The notes beneath the pieces are model-generated. The model was not told the origin of the DNA. It made no database searches and saw nothing but the letters and a program-made list of their open reading frames with translations. A DNA stretch of 64,000 nt, taken from positions 744,001 through 808,000 of the forward strand of contig CM039003.1 in assembly GCA_017499595.2 (NCBI GenBank), in the 5' to 3' direction. The position numbers were made by a program, and so were the translations under genes. Below, one piece after another: positions 24,809-39,281 of the stretch; position 1 is the stretch's first letter, and every line of letters starts with the position of its first letter. This stretch comes from Psilocybe cubensis (taxonomy: Eukaryota).

Positions 24809-26175
24809 GTGTGATAAAGTTTCCGTTTAATGATGGGTACATCGCCATTCCTGTCAGTTCATCAGAATATCTCTTGTACCATAATATTTTGTCAGTCTCA
24901 GGCAGATATACTGTGCTGAACAAGACACCCGCGGCTGACATAGAGGGAGTTCTATCTTCAACAGATATCCCAGGCATGTTGAAACGGCAATACACCAACA
25001 GTGATAGATATACTTCGTAATAATTTGAATCGTTGCCCAGTGAGCTGCCGGATAAATACTAAGTTGAGGTAGGTTCTTTATTGGATGAGTGCAAAATTTT
25101 AGAAAACTTTCCAAACATCCTCGCAATTATTAAGGCAGGTAGGTGCACTCAGCTGCTGAGGGGAAATGTTCGTAGGTTCCCAGAAAGTGGCCCATGGTTA
25201 ATCTCATTAGCACTACCTCGCTTCCAATCAACCGAGTAAGATAATAAACTTGAGTATCTGAAACTTGAAGCTTGTAATTCTGGGAATTTAAACCTGAATT
25301 TTAGCTCATGTTGAAGAATCTTTGCGAAAGTATAACACTTGGCACACCGATGATTGACCATCACATTTTATAAGCATTTTCACAAGCTTGAAATCCACAC
25401 GGGGCTGAAATTCTTCAATTTGTCGACGTAAACACAGTAGACGCCTAGATAGACGCCATCCTTGCAGGACAGACAGTGACGTTTTAGCAGTGATACACTA
25501 GCCTAAAATTAGGCTATTCAGGGTAGCAGACGCCTTGGCCATCGGATTCGCGTACGAGCCTTATTCTGGTCTCTGCGGGTCCGCGGTTAAACCAAAGAGG
25601 ATCAACATCCAAGGCCTCAATGATAGTTATGCAGACAGAGTAGAATCGGATGACGATGAACTTGGTCAAGTGAGCGAGTCGTTGGAACTTGGACTAGAAA
25701 CCATTCAACTTGATAACCCCTGCTCCGAGATGTATCAAATAAGGCACACATGATGCACCATTTTGGACATTCCAGTATTTGAACAATAGCCAAGATCCGG
25801 TCCCATATCCTCGAACGTAGTTAGAGTTGCTTGAAGCCAAAAAATTAACGACTGGCAATAGAAGCCGAAGGTCCGCTCAGAGTCCGTCCCGAGTGACGAA
25901 TCCGAAGGCCATCGGAGGGTAGAGTGCATGTACGGAGCGTAGAAAGAGAAAGGTGAAGATAGTCTCAGAATGAAGAGGTGCCTTGCTTGGATGATAAGCA
26001 AGTCGCGATCCGGCAGAAACCGGAAAGAGCTCCGCGCAGGTGATAACTACTTAAAAATTGCTTTGACTAACCACATTCCGGTCAGTATTATACCAACGTC
26101 GACCTCCTCCACCATCCATCATTGCTAGCAGCACTCCCGGTCTCGAATCCCGCGCAGAGGCGTTGGGGCAGGGAT

Positions 26176-27572
26176 ATGGGATCAGACGCTGCTCGGCCGA
26201 CCACCCCACGCGACGGAGAGTCAAAGCCATGGACGGGAAATAGCATCAACAGCATGATTGGTGAGTAATCTGCTCCTAAGGCCGATGTTGTCTTGAACGC
26301 AACTGTTAACTCGCTCAATCGCGTTCGACAACTAGCTGGTGCCGGCGGTGGATTGGCAGCGAGCATAGCGACTTGCCCGCTGGATGTGGTTAAAACCAAG
26401 TTGCAGGCTCAGAGGGCTGTGGTGGGGCAGCAGGGTTATTTGGGGGTTCTAGGTGCGTCTGTTCATATTGTCTGTGTATGAACCAAAAGTCTAATCTGTA
26501 TCAACCCACCCATCCCACTTTACTTTCCATCTGGTCAGGCACAGTCAAGGAAATTCTCACAGAGAACGGGTTCCGAGGGCTCTATCGTGGTCTTGGACCG
26601 ACCATCCTTGGGTACCTTCCGACATGGGCCATCTACTTTGCAGTCTACGACGGAGTGAAGACAGCATTCGGAGTCAAAACCACCGGCATGTATGCGGTCA
26701 GGTCGAGCGAAAGATTGTACCCAGCTGCCCAAGTTAAGGGTTACCAGCCTGTTGCACGGGAACATCCATGGACACTTCATATATTGTCTGCCATGACGGC
26801 GGGGGCTGCCAGCACAATCTGCACCAATCCTCTATGGGTAATCAAGACGCGGTTCATGGTATGTCGCCGTCGTCCGTACCAACACATTACGTCCACTGAT
26901 TGCGGATTTCCTTTTGGTATAGACCCAAATGAAGGGCGAAGTGCGATATAAACATACATTGGACGCTGCGCGTACGATATGGCGAACAGAGGGACCCCGA
27001 GCATTCTACCGAGGTCTGTTACCTAGTCTACTAGGTATCCTTCACGTCGCAGTCCAGTTTCCCTTGTATGAACAACTGAAGATTTGGGCTCGTACGTTTT
27101 TAATTTCATAGAACCTCAAAAAGACTATTTCTGATTACCATCACAGAAGACGACTCTGACGCACCAATAACGAGTCAAACTATTCTTGCATGCTCCGCTA
27201 TATCCAAGATGACCGCATCGATTGCGACTTACCCTCATGAAGTCGTGCGGACCCGTCTTCAAACTCAGAGACGACCCCTAGCGGACGATTTATCCTCCGA
27301 TGGCATGGTCAAACAGCATTCAAAGAGAGGCATCGTATATACCACCAAGAAGTTGATAGCCAAGGAAGGCTGGACCGCCCTGTATAAGGGCTTATCTATT
27401 AATTTGATTCGCACTGTGCCTAATAGTGCTGTGACGATGCTAACGTGAGTTTCGGATATTTCTTTATTATCAATCCTCATTTTTTTCGTCTGTCTCATCT
27501 CTTCGACTTGACATTTTCTCTTCTGATAGGTATGAACTTCTCATGAGACATCTATCCGCTCGGACGTGGTAA
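26176..27572 (+). CDS. Mitochondrial carrier (SLC25), NAD+/folate transporter subfamily (Ndt1/Yia6-like), multi-exon
   Basis: Three signatures PLDVVKTK, PLWVIKTR (the W is typical of the NAD/folate clade) and PHEVVRTR. Also GLYRGLGPTILGYLPTWAIYF and HVAVQFPLYEQLK. Confidence 0.9.
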
Positions 27573-30500
27573 CGCATATTATATTCATGTACACGGTGTG
27601 CTTGCATAGAATTGCCCTCGTACATCCCGTGTTTCATTATTCTTTGCCCTTGACCCCTAGCTTCGTTCAGTATACCACCCCGCATATATTGCACGATGCG
27701 ATCCTCTATGACCGCCAGCACCACCAATAGCCCGCATTACCATTCCCATTACCATCACTCGCATGCTACCCACTACACCCCATTACCCACCGCAAAATCA
27801 ACAGCCGATTCATACCATCATCATTCACATCCTCCATTAACAGGATACCATTTCGCCGACCTCATGATCGATTCTGCGGTCCGGTCACGCAGCCATAGCC
27901 GTGGTCCATGACACACGCGCGAGTCCTCAGCCTCAAGGCGCATACATGCCTGCCATTGGCAAAGAAGCCCCGGCCATTGCACTCTGTCAGGTCAGGAAGG
28001 CGAAGGCGAAGGCGAAAACTCTCTCTCTCTCCCTGTCTTTGTTATATATCTATCCTACCTTTTGTTTTTAGAAGTTCAGAACTGACACACACACATGTAT
28101 ATTAATTACTTACAGATCAGTGATATCATTGTTTTCTTTAGCTGTATTCCACCGTGGGCGGGGGGTTCTCGTATGTCCAGTCTGAGTATTGGACGTTGTT
28201 CTGGGTATGGGTTTTTATGTTTCCCTGAGCGGTAGCTTGCATTCCAGGAGCTGTCCTAGGAGTTCCGATTGCCCGTGCCCCGGCTACTTGTCTGTATGTT
28301 TCCCGCACACGCATTCGACAAATTCCACTCAGAAGTTCTTTACTATATTCTTTCCATTTCTTTGAGACCAACCGCGTCCTGAGGCTATGTCTCTCTAAGC
28401 CATACTTTCATCGCTTTTTTCCCATGAAGAAGCTATTGTACGAAGAACGCCTTGTACATCTTTGTCGAGTTTGCAAGGCTAGAAGGCAGAAGGTCGTTTC
28501 TTGAACTGTTCTATTTTTAGGTTTGGGCGACATTATATTTGTTGTCGACGTCGGAATAGACAAGACAATGCATGTTGTAGGCTAAGCCATATTTGGCCAT
28601 CTTATTTCTCAAACTGGTGAAGAACATGATTTCAAGTTTGACGAGAATAGTTCGCACTTTGAATTTGACGGACAAAGAAACGGCTGGCATTAAATATTGT
28701 GTATGTATCTAAGGGAGACAGAAAGACAGAACGTTAAAATGACATTATGAATTCAAATATACCTATGAGCCACCAATACTGAGCTAGATTATGAGCGTGC
28801 GGTCGAGATAATTTTACCTTCATAACTTGTATCTTCAGCGCCGACGCTCTAGCTGAGCCGCCAATTGTATACTTCGGCAGTTACCTACTTCCACTGCAAA
28901 TCACTAAAATCTCTTGCGACGGAATGAAGCGGACCAACAATATAGACACAGCACCACTAGTATCAGCCCAACAGTAGTAGAATTACATCAAACAGGAATA
29001 ACATATTGAATTATCCAGCGTAGACAACCCGTTGATACCGCTGCAACGAATAAACGAGCAGGATGCCAATTTCCCAGCGACGAAGCTATTTCGCGGATAT
29101 AGAGAGTTGTTGACACAGCTCGCGCGCGGCTGTCCGTTGTGCTCCATCTGTACGTACTACGCGCCGCGCTCGCGCACAAGAAAAAGTAAAAATAACACTC
29201 TAACAGTAGAGCGCACAAGGGCAGAATGTGATTAAAAGTTTAATTTGTGATAAACTGTTATTATTAACGCGTGTCGAAAAGCGAAGCGCGTCGTTGCGCT
29301 GAAGATTGAGCGGAAAAGGGCGCAATAGTAGTAAAGATACGCTTTATTTAGTCGAAATGGGGACGTCGAGGTGATGTCAGACTGCGAAGAGATGATAATC
29401 ACGGCTTTAGAACGCGACTTGGAATAAATGACGATGTCGATGCAGGTCGTTGAGTTGGTCTTCAATCTTGTTCTTGAAAAAAAAAAAAAAAACATCACAT
29501 CTTTATGATAACACACCACTCACCTATGTAGTATCAGTGAGCCAACCCAATGGATAGGGACGCCCTTTGAAGGCCTCGTGCATCATGATGACTATTAACT
29601 CTGGCCTCGGAACGGCCATTCAATTATATCCATGTGCACTGGCGGACCCCGTTTTCGGAAAAACCTCATGGGAGGACCCTCATTCCAAGTCAATAAATAC
29701 ATACGCACTCATACGGGGTAGAAATATAGTTTAATTATGCAAAGCAATCACAATCTATGTATGCGGCGAGAAGGCGACGCTTGACCTGGCTATAGCCAGC
29801 TACAGTCAAAGCCTGCTGTCAGTCGTCCTCGGACGCAGTCTCTGTTTATAGGTATAGAGAAACGGGCATCTGTCTGGATATTGTGTATATCACCGTGCCT
29901 TGTTTACCCTCGGAAATGAAGTTGGAGCATGGATACAATTTGGAAGGACTCAGTTTTCCTCAAAACAAACACGTACTTGATTAGATAGCTGAACAACTTT
30001 TACTTTGGTTGGGTGGGATATATTGTCCACTTGACAGATGCATGTCCACGTCAAAGGACGAGGACGACATATGTAGACACTGCTGAACTGATAGATGGAG
30101 TGATCTCGGAGATTGCAATTGCTACAGGTTGTGGGAGGGAGCTAAGAGAGGTCAAAGCCGACAGCGGCCGGCCAGACTTGGATTTTAGCCTATTCCAATG
30201 TCCGCCATCAGAAAACATATCGTTTTTGGAAACTGACATACCAAGGTCCCCCGGACTCCCTTATCATGGAAAAATCATAACACAGTGCGATTTATCTGTA
30301 CCATATGAGAGCAATAAACAACTGGCTCCGCGTCCCCACGAGCGAATGATGTGCTGATGGATGGCGCAGGTGAACGAGGGATTAAAGATACAAAATTACT
30401 GTAAAAGGGTGAGTTTGTCCATATGCAAATTGTCGTTGTGGTAGTAGGCAGCATGTGCACTAGGAGAAAGCACGCAGCGGCGGGCGCCGCTGTTTGTATC

Positions 30501-31099
30501 ACCAATGAACCAGAACGCTGTAGGAGCATCCAAGGAGCATCAAATGATTTCTGGGCTTTGGGCTTTCGAACGTGTAGGTCATAATGATACAATTGCGCTC
30601 TGGGACATCAAGAGTCCGCCTGATAGCCACTGATATCGATGGTAACAACTCTATTAACGCTTTAACCAAGAAAACTGGGCCACTCCAGCCAACACTGCGC
30701 GAATTGTCGATCTCATCCCGCCGAGGGTATGTATGTTATGACGTCGATGGCTTAATGACGTCCCCCCGTTGCGTGCCTTGGCGGCAAAAGTACGCTCACT
30801 GATGTGGCGCTCAGAAGTAGGCTACGCCTGCGTCGATTCGGAGAGTTTGTATCCCCGGGAGACGTGCGTGCAACAGATAACTGTACTTGCTAATACTTGA
30901 CGTCAGTTCGCAAGTTGAGGTCGGACGTCATGCATCATGATGGATCCTGATAACTGATGAGAGGTCCATGTTTGACAGGGTTGGGAATTGGGGTTTTTGG
31001 GATGATAAGAATATACACCGAAGAGTCGAGGACACAATAACACATGCAGATTCAATTCAAAGTAAATGAATTGAGGGTTGTAACACATTTAAAACACGA

Positions 31100-34000
31100 T
31101 GTAATTGTAATTGTATGGTATCACAAAAAAAGAAGGCAGGCAGGAAACGAAATGAGATGCACTGGAGGGAAAATCGGATGAAAAAAAAATAGTGTTACAG
31201 TACAATGCAGAAATAGCTGGGTTGGACCTTGGTGAGGGATTCGAATACGGGTATTTGATGATGATGATGATGATGGAGGTAGTGGTGCAAGAAATTGAGT
31301 AGGTTGAATAGTACCCAGGAGGTTAGAGGACCAAGAAATACGACGACAGGCCAAAAAAAAGCGGGTAGGCGGTGAGAAAGTGAATAAGATAAATTTAAGT
31401 TGAAAAGGGGTGCCTGACAAAAGTTAAAAAGAGGTATCCAGAAGTGGTTCCAAGAAAAAAAAAACACATGGGAACAATGACGGTGCATGATATAGAGAGG
31501 AGAACGAGAGAGAGAGAGAGACGGAAATGGGGTAAAGGAGTGTGGGGCCAAGTTCGATGAAATGAGAACTGGAGTTGGGTTGATTTTGGGGACAATCGAG
31601 CAAAACGTAGTCATAGCAGAAAAAGAGATAGCGGAAAGAAAAGAGAAAAAAGAAAAAAAAATCATTCGATAGTTGGAAGAGTGTATCATATAAAGGAGAG
31701 CAAGACACTCGAAAAAACGGGGGAAAAGAGAAAAGAAAAAGAAAAAGGGGCAGGTACTACCAAACCAAACATAGACACCGTCCAAACATAGCACACAGCA
31801 CAGCACACAAAAAAAGAACCTCATTTGCGCCCAACCAACCAACCCCCCCAAAAAAGCGTAGCGGCTCCCCATCCACGCGGAAACGAAAACGAAATGAACG
31901 GGAAACATCATACTAAGGTTGGACTTAGACTTAGCAGCTAGGGTAATCACGCCCCCCTGACCCTGAAGCATGGATTGGCGTTTGTTGATACAATGATAGT
32001 TCTTTGCTGGTCTGAATTGGCGATCGAGCGACGATGGTATTATCCGAATAGAGACAAGTCCAAGGTTTTGCGTTGGTTCTAGCGCCGGTTCTAGGCTAAT
32101 AGACGCGACTGATGGATATCTCGACCGACCGACCGACAACCACCAATTCGGAAGGAACCCAAAAACGCGACAGGCGGACGGACGCGGACGGACGGTATGG
32201 CGTGGGCATGGCATTCTTAGCGCCTTTGAGCAGCGAGCTTCGCGTCATGTTTTTTTTTTTTTGGAGGGGCGGAATTGCGGAATTGTCGTAATGGCACGCG
32301 CAAGAGAGTTTTGGGGAAACCAAAATATTAAGTATGTACGCCTTGATTATCCCAGAACGTTGATGAAGAAAGTTATCGTTATCACGCGTTAAAAACAACG
32401 TAAAGAGTCGAAGTTGTTCTGCCGGTGCCAGGAGCGTGAAGCTCTGCCTGCTAAGAATATTAATAATAACATCCCCGCCGTAAGGACGCACACGTTGTCG
32501 GATGTTCCAAGGTGCCAGCCAGCGCGTTGGCGTTGTGTAGCACGCAGCGGTAAGTTTCGCGCGTTCCTTCTTTCCTTCCACCTTCTCTGTCTTTGTTCTT
32601 GTTCTTGTCCTTGCATGCCTTGTCCTTGTCCTTCGTGTCAGTGTCCATGTCCATGTCCTCCCACGCCACGTCTCCCATTCAGCCGTCGCACATGTCCAGT
32701 CCAGCCTATGCATCGAGCCTCCAAGCCTCCGAGCCACCAAGCCAGCCATCCATCCACCCATCCTTCTTTGCTTTCATTACAACCCATCCGCGTCCACGTC
32801 CATATCCACGTCCACGTTAACCGCCTGTTTATTCATCCACCCATTCATCGACTCGCGTTACGCGTTATCCAGTCCTCCGAGTCCAGACCCAGACCCACAC
32901 ACCGTGACCACCCACGCGCACGCCCGGCATTGTCATTGACAATCGTTTATGCCCTGTCCTATCTTCCCTAAGCCTGCGTACGTAGAACCCAGAGCCCAGA
33001 GCCCAGACGGGACGGTCATGGGGTCACGCTGCCCGACCACGCAACCACGACCCCTACATGTACACCCTACACCCTCCAGCGTCCAGCCTCGTGTACATTA
33101 CACATTACACATTTAATTTCCGCTTCACTTCCCAGTTCCTGTTCTTGTTCTTGTTCTTGTTCTTGTTCTTTCCCCAGACTCCAAGAATCAGGAATCAGGA
33201 ATCAGGAATCAGGTACGATGTCGTGCCACGCCACGCCACGCCACGCAGGGTGCCGTATACGGCAAATACGAAAAAAAGAGCAAAACCGCTGAGCTGGTGG
33301 ATATGGAGATGAAGGGCTGGATATTTAAAATCGAGGGCTGAGTGCGCATAACGAGAACGACGGCGAGGACGAGAATGAGGGCGAGGGAACGGGTACTGGC
33401 TCAGATGGATAAGTGGAGGGTGGAGGGTGGAGGGTGGAGGGTGTGATGACGGCGAGAACGGAATGGAGCAACCAGCAAGGAGGGAGGAGAGAAAAGAGAA
33501 GACGGAGAAATGGATGCTGGAGCACGAGAAATGGACAATCGATACTGGATTATGGACAATGGACATTTCAAGATGGAAGACATTGGACATTGGGCACACC
33601 GAGATCATGAAGCAGAAGCAAAGTCAAAGCGCGCACCGCACGGGTGTTGGTGTTGGCGTTGTGTGTTGTGTCGCTTTATCCTTTTTTTACGTTGTTCGTG
33701 CTCGTGCTTGTGCTTGAAGTCTTCTCCTCTTTCCTCAGTCCTCTCTTCTTTCCTCAGTCTTCTGTTTTCTGTCCTCAGTCTTCTCCTCAGTCCTTTCCGC
33801 TGTCCTCAGTCCTCTCCTACGCCCCCTGTCATTTCCTCTGTCCTCTACCCATTCCTCTACCTCAATGCCACTAACATCCAATCCCACCAATATCCAATGC
33901 CCAATGCCCAATACCCAATGACACGACACGGCATGCGCACGAACCCCAAACCCACACGCGGATACAAATCGCCGCGTCCAACATATCACTCCATCACGCA

Positions 34001-37000
34001 TCGCATCATGGAGGGAGGGTCCCAGGGGTAAGGGGGTAAGGGTCAGGGTTTATGTTCTGTGTTCTGATGGATAGGTGGGTGGAATTTGAAGAGTCGAGAA
34101 TTAGATGCGAAATGCGAAATGTGAGGGAAGTGGCAGAGTCGGTCGTAGGTAGGAGCGAGGAGCCAGGAGCCAGGAGCCAGGAGGCCAATAAAGAATTAGA
34201 TTCTTAGACCTAACGAGGAGCATCAATGAGGTCAGCACTGGGGTACATCATCATATGTAAAGAATGTAAAGTAAAGAAAAGGAAGAATGAAATGAAATGA
34301 AATGAAAAGTGTACACGTACGAGCCTGAGGTGAACGTTGAACTACCCTGGTCTAAATGAGAGAACAGAGAACAGAGAGGCCAAACTGAAGAGACAGAGAG
34401 GAGAGGAGAGGAGAGGAAAATCATCTGCGATCCGAACCCAAATCCAAACCTGAACCTGAACCCAAACCTGAACCCAAACCTGACGCTGAACGTGGCACGT
34501 TGAACGTTGAACCTGGAACCGAGAAGAACCGAAACCGAAACCGAAACTGGAACCAGAACCAGAACCAGAACAGAAACCAGAACTGCAAAAAAAAAAACAT
34601 GCATTAGAAAAAAAATAACGACAACAATGAACGAAAACGAAATGGTACACACTTGTAAAGATTCAGGTAATAGTAAGGGTAAAACATCAGGTAAGAGTAA
34701 GAGTAAAAAGTTGACAATAGAAAGTAAAAAGTACTTAGAGTTTGAGAGGCAAAAAGTGGTAAGACTGGGAGTAAAAAGTGCCAGTGAACAGTACTAGTAA
34801 ACAGTAAAACAGTAAAACAGTAAAGATCGAAAAAAATGGTATAAAAGTCAAAAGTCAAAAAGTTAAAAGTCAAACGAAAGTCGCTATCGCAAACACAAAC
34901 GCATCCATTCGAAACAAGAACAAGAACAAGAACGAAAGAAGACCAAGGACCAAGACGAAGAAGGGCGACAAGGGTAGGAGGGTAGGAGGGTGAGGTGAAG
35001 GGGGATATCAAAATTGCAGTACGTAGGTAGGTAAAAACAGGTAGGTACTTTAAAAAAGGTTATCAAAAAAAAAGCGAAAACGAGCGCGAGCGTGAGGGCG
35101 TGTCAACAGGTGTGTCAAGAGGCGTGTGGTGGTGGTGGTGGTGGTGGTGCGGTGTGATGTACCGCTTTGCTTTGCTTTGGGGCTTTGGCTTGGTTTACTG
35201 ATTCTGTTTACAGTAACGGTGTGTACGGTGTACGGTGTACGGTGTCAAAGTCAAGAAAAATGGAAGTGGAAGTTGAAGTGGAAGTGGAAGTGTCCTGTGC
35301 TGTGCTGTGCTGTGCAAAGATAAATGAAAAAGGTAAAGGTAAAGGTAAAAATTGAAGGGGTCTGTGCGGTGTGCGGTACTGTGCGTGTGCGGTGTGCGGT
35401 GTGTGGTGTGTGGTGTGCAGGGTGCGATACTGTGTGATGTGGTGTGCGGTGTGCTGTCGGTTGTACGGTGTGGGAAAAAGACATATGTCAAGCGTTGTCG
35501 CATCGAATATCGAACATCGAACGTCGAACGTCGAACGTCGAAACGTCAATGTCCGTCAAAGTAAGATGTCGATGTCGGTGTCGATGGATAGCTACGATGC
35601 CATGTGCGACGAGAGTGTGCAGGTGATGTTATGAGATACGATTACGACGACAGTACAAGGGTAGATAGCAAAGTCAGTGACGGTGTGCGGTGTGCGGTGT
35701 TTGGTGTTGTGCGGTGTGTAGCGTAGCAGTAACACGAGTCGAGTCGAATCGAATCGAATCGAGTGGTTATTGCCCATGTTGATATAAAACGACGACAACG
35801 AGGGCCAGGGGTAGGAGGTAGGAGGTAGGCAGGAGCATGTATCAGGGTATCGGTAACGGTATGCGGTATCGGTGTTCTTTTGATAGACGGGTACTGTAGT
35901 AAGAGCGGTGCGGAGCAGGATGTGGGCGGCATCTATGTGTGTGTGTGTGTGGTGGGAGTAGAGAATAGAGTAGCGTGAGGCGGAGGGCGGGATGAACGAG
36001 TGTGAGTGTGAACGAAGGATGGGCGGGCGGCGGGGCGGGGGCGGGTGGAGGATAAAACGACAACAGCAACAAAAAGAACAGAAAAAAAAAACACAAAACA
36101 CAAAAAAAGAAAAGAAAGAAAAGAAACCCCCGAACAAAACCACGAGCGTTCATCTAAACTCATGTTCACCCGTCCCCGTCGCCGTATTCACACTCTCAAC
36201 TTTAACACCCCTCGACGAGCTCACACTCCTAATATCCCTGCCCTCCTCCGCCAACTGTCCCCTAAGCACCTGCTCGCCCTCATCCTTATCATCCGCACCT
36301 ACATCCATCCCCGCGCCCTCATCTCCCAACTCATGCTCGGGGCTCTCGCCCTCCTCCATAGGCCTCCCAGCAAAATCAGGCTTGCGCAGCATCTTGCGGA
36401 AGGCATCAGCCATAATAGCTGCGTCCGCGCCGCTGAATGGGCCGCCTGTATCACTTATAGCCGATGCTCCATCGTGCGTCGTGCTCCCACCACCACCACC
36501 ACCACCGGACTGACGGTGCGAGACGGACGCCAGTCCAGCGCCAATCCCCAACCCCGCGCCAGCTCCAAGTGCAGCGGGAGCAAGCAGCGGCGACCCCGCC
36601 GAATCATACCTCTGCATCATATCCGGTCCATGCTGCCCTCCCCCTGCCCCACCACCACCACCACCCTGCTCCCTCGGCATCATAGGCGACGCAGACCCCA
36701 TCGACCCACGCGACGACGACGCCGACGAGCGCTGCTGTCTCCTCCTCAGCCGCCGCAGAATCACAAACACCAGTATACACGACGCAGCGAGCGCGAAGAA
36801 TCCGAGGACGACTATCACCGCTATCGCCCAGCGGGGGAACGACGAGGCGGAGCTTGCGTGTTGGACGTTGCCCGTGGGACTCACGGGCCCCGACGCCGTC
36901 GCCGACGAGGGTGTTAACGAGCCTGAACCCGAGCCAGACCCCGAACCCGAGAGCCCAGTCGGCTGCACAGAGTTGCTGCTAGCAGACGACGCACTCGCCG

Positions 37001-38400
37001 TGGGCGCCGCGACCGCATCCAACACCGTCGTCTGCACCGCACTGAAAATCGGCTGCGGCACAAAGTTCCCATTCGCCAGCGTCGCATCCGAGCGGATGAT
37101 CACCCAGTAGAAGGGGAACGACACGTTTTGGCCGGAAAAGTTGAACCCGTCTGCGCCGAACCATTTGTCGTCGACTTTCGCGCGGACGAAGCCGGCGCGC
37201 TCGGGTGGGTTGGTTTGGTTTGCGAGGTGCAGGATTAGGGCTTGGGAGTCGGCGCGGAAGAGGAAGATGTCGACGAGGTTGGTTTGGGTGATTTCGGGCC
37301 GCCGTGAGTTCCCTGTTGTTGTTGGTGGTGGTTGCTGTCAGCATCACGCACACATTGAGGGGAGGGAGGGAAGAAACTCACAAACAAAGGTCGCATACTG
37401 ATGCTGAGGAACAACAGTGTCCGCTGTGGGGAAGCACGAGATGACATTATTGCCCGAGTTGAACTGGCAGTCCTGCAGCGCCTGCTGCACCTGCGCCTGG
37501 TCCGTGATGATCTGCCGCCGTCGCACCGACACCCCTGACCCCGTCCCCGTCCCTGCTTCTGTTGGCTTCCATGTGTCTGCGTCTGCGATCCAGAAATCAC
37601 CGCTCCATCCCTCAGAGTCGATGCTCCAGCTTTTACTTGAACCCGAGCCCATATCCATATCCACACCACTCGAAAAAGACCCACGAGAACTCTCACTCTC
37701 ACTCTCACTTTCGCTTCCACCCGACCCCGCGCCCAACCGCAATGTGTCTGTGTCTAGTGAAGACGACGATGACGAAGAGGAAGATGATGACGACGGAGAG
37801 CAGAACGCCGACGAGCAGCTCTGGCTCGAGCTCGACGACATGGGAGTCAGGGTCTGCAAGTGGTTTGTTTGATGTTGACGGGTTGGATGTCCGTCCGGTG
37901 TAGGTAAGCAAAGCAAGCACAAGCCAAAAAAAAATGCCCCCCATGGCCATTCAATTTTAAATTAATAATAATAATATTTTTTCCCGTTTGAGATAACGAT
38001 GTGTGCCGTAACAATAAACGATAAACAATAAATTACCCACGCAATAAACTACAAATAGATAACGCAGAGAGAGACCCCGTACACTCTCCCTTGAGTTAGA
38101 TCTTCTTATAATATATTAATATTTGAGTCTTACATCATCATCCTCCGCTCGGAGGAACGCATCAAACTCCATAACCCATCACATCACACCAGCATCACAC
38201 CTCACCCTCACCAGCACCAGCACCCAACCAGCATCAGCATCAGCATTAAGCAACACCAATGGACGATGGACGATGGACAATGGACAATGGACACTGGACA
38301 CTGGACAAATGGACAATGGACGATGAAAATGAAAACTGAAAACTGAAAATGAAAATGCAATGAACAACATTCAATGTTCAATATTCAATCAAAGATTGCC
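31100..38400. repeat. Region dense in microsatellites and short stutter repeats
   Basis: Many 2-5-copy runs of 4-7 bp units (GAATCAG, GGAGGGT, TGGACAA, CGAACGT, GTGCG, CTTGTT, AGAACC) plus poly-A tracts. Confidence 0.8.
36150..37841 (-). CDS. Single-pass membrane protein with Ser/Gly low-complexity insertions; intron 37381-37313
   Basis: SCFPTADTVVPQHQYATFV|WNSRRP joined in frame. TM WAIAVIVVLGFFALAASCILVFVIL followed by RRLRRR, cytoplasmic DAAIMADAFRKMLRKPDF. Start codon uncertain. Confidence 0.75.
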
Positions 38401-38968
38401 GTTGGCAATTGGGCCTTGCTGACCGCCTACGGCGCCATCTTTATTCTACATGTACAAGCAACACCAACAGGAAAAAAACTCCTGACTATTTTTCTCTAAG
38501 ATATTTCCTCAATTTATATAAGTTGTGCTGTCTGAATTTTTTTCTAATTGCCCGACAGAAAAGACAGAAGAAAAGACTAGACTTGTGGCAAATATATAAG
38601 GTTAGAGGCCCTAAACAAAGCAACAAATTATGCTCAATGAGAATAGACAAAGCACACTCCAATACCAACAAAGCCTTCAAGCAAAGTTCTATCACGCACG
38701 TCGCAACTGACTCGTAGACTGTAGAACATAGAGTAGATATATAACAGACCACATCAGCACAACTTATAAAAGAGACATCACAAAACAGTGATTCTAAGAG
38801 TATGTAGATACAAGTCATCACACATCAAAAAGTCATACAGCAATCACAAAAGAGCAAGACAAGCAGTCAGTAAAAAGAGGTAAACCTTTGGGGATAGAGA
38901 ATACAGAGATTGATCAGTATAATAAAATCAAGATAAAATCAGGGTGCCTCCCCTTTTGTGCTGTTTTC

Positions 38969-39033
38969 CTTAGCTACTCAAGTTCTACGTCTCTCAAACG
39001 TCTCTCAAGAGACGTAGAACTTGAGTAGCTAAG
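38969..39033. repeat. Perfect 26-bp inverted repeat with a 13-nt loop
   Basis: CTTAGCTACTCAAGTTCTACGTCTCT (38969-38994) and AGAGACGTAGAACTTGAGTAGCTAAG (39008-39033). Confidence 0.95.
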
Positions 39034-39116
39034 TGGCATTTGTTTACTAGGTATGGAATGGAGCAAATAACGTTCGAAGATTAGATGGGCAGCGAACCAA
39101 CAGTAAACTATCTGGG

Positions 39117-39281
39117 CTTTGTTTGGCAGTGAGAGGGTCGACAAACAACGTGTGAACATTTTGTGCACCATTAGACGGGGATCGGGTCAATCTTTTGTTT
39201 GGCATCGTCGGGTCGAGTAAACAACGTGTGAACATTTTGTGCACCATTAGACGGGGGAACGGTCATTCTTTTGTTTGGCAT
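39117..39281. repeat. ~76-bp tandem repeat, about 2.2 copies
   Basis: AAACAACGTGTGAACATTTTGTGCACCATTAGACGGGG occurs at ~39143 and ~39219. TTTGTTTGGCA occurs three times. Confidence 0.85.

Noticed and set aside
27696..27911. His-rich 71-aa ORF
   Set aside because: Low-complexity sequence just downstream of the carrier gene, probably 3' UTR. No other support.
31121..36143. Numerous Cys/His/Phe-rich ORFs
   Set aside because: Microsatellite translations that are open in several frames, with no recognisable domain or consistent splicing.
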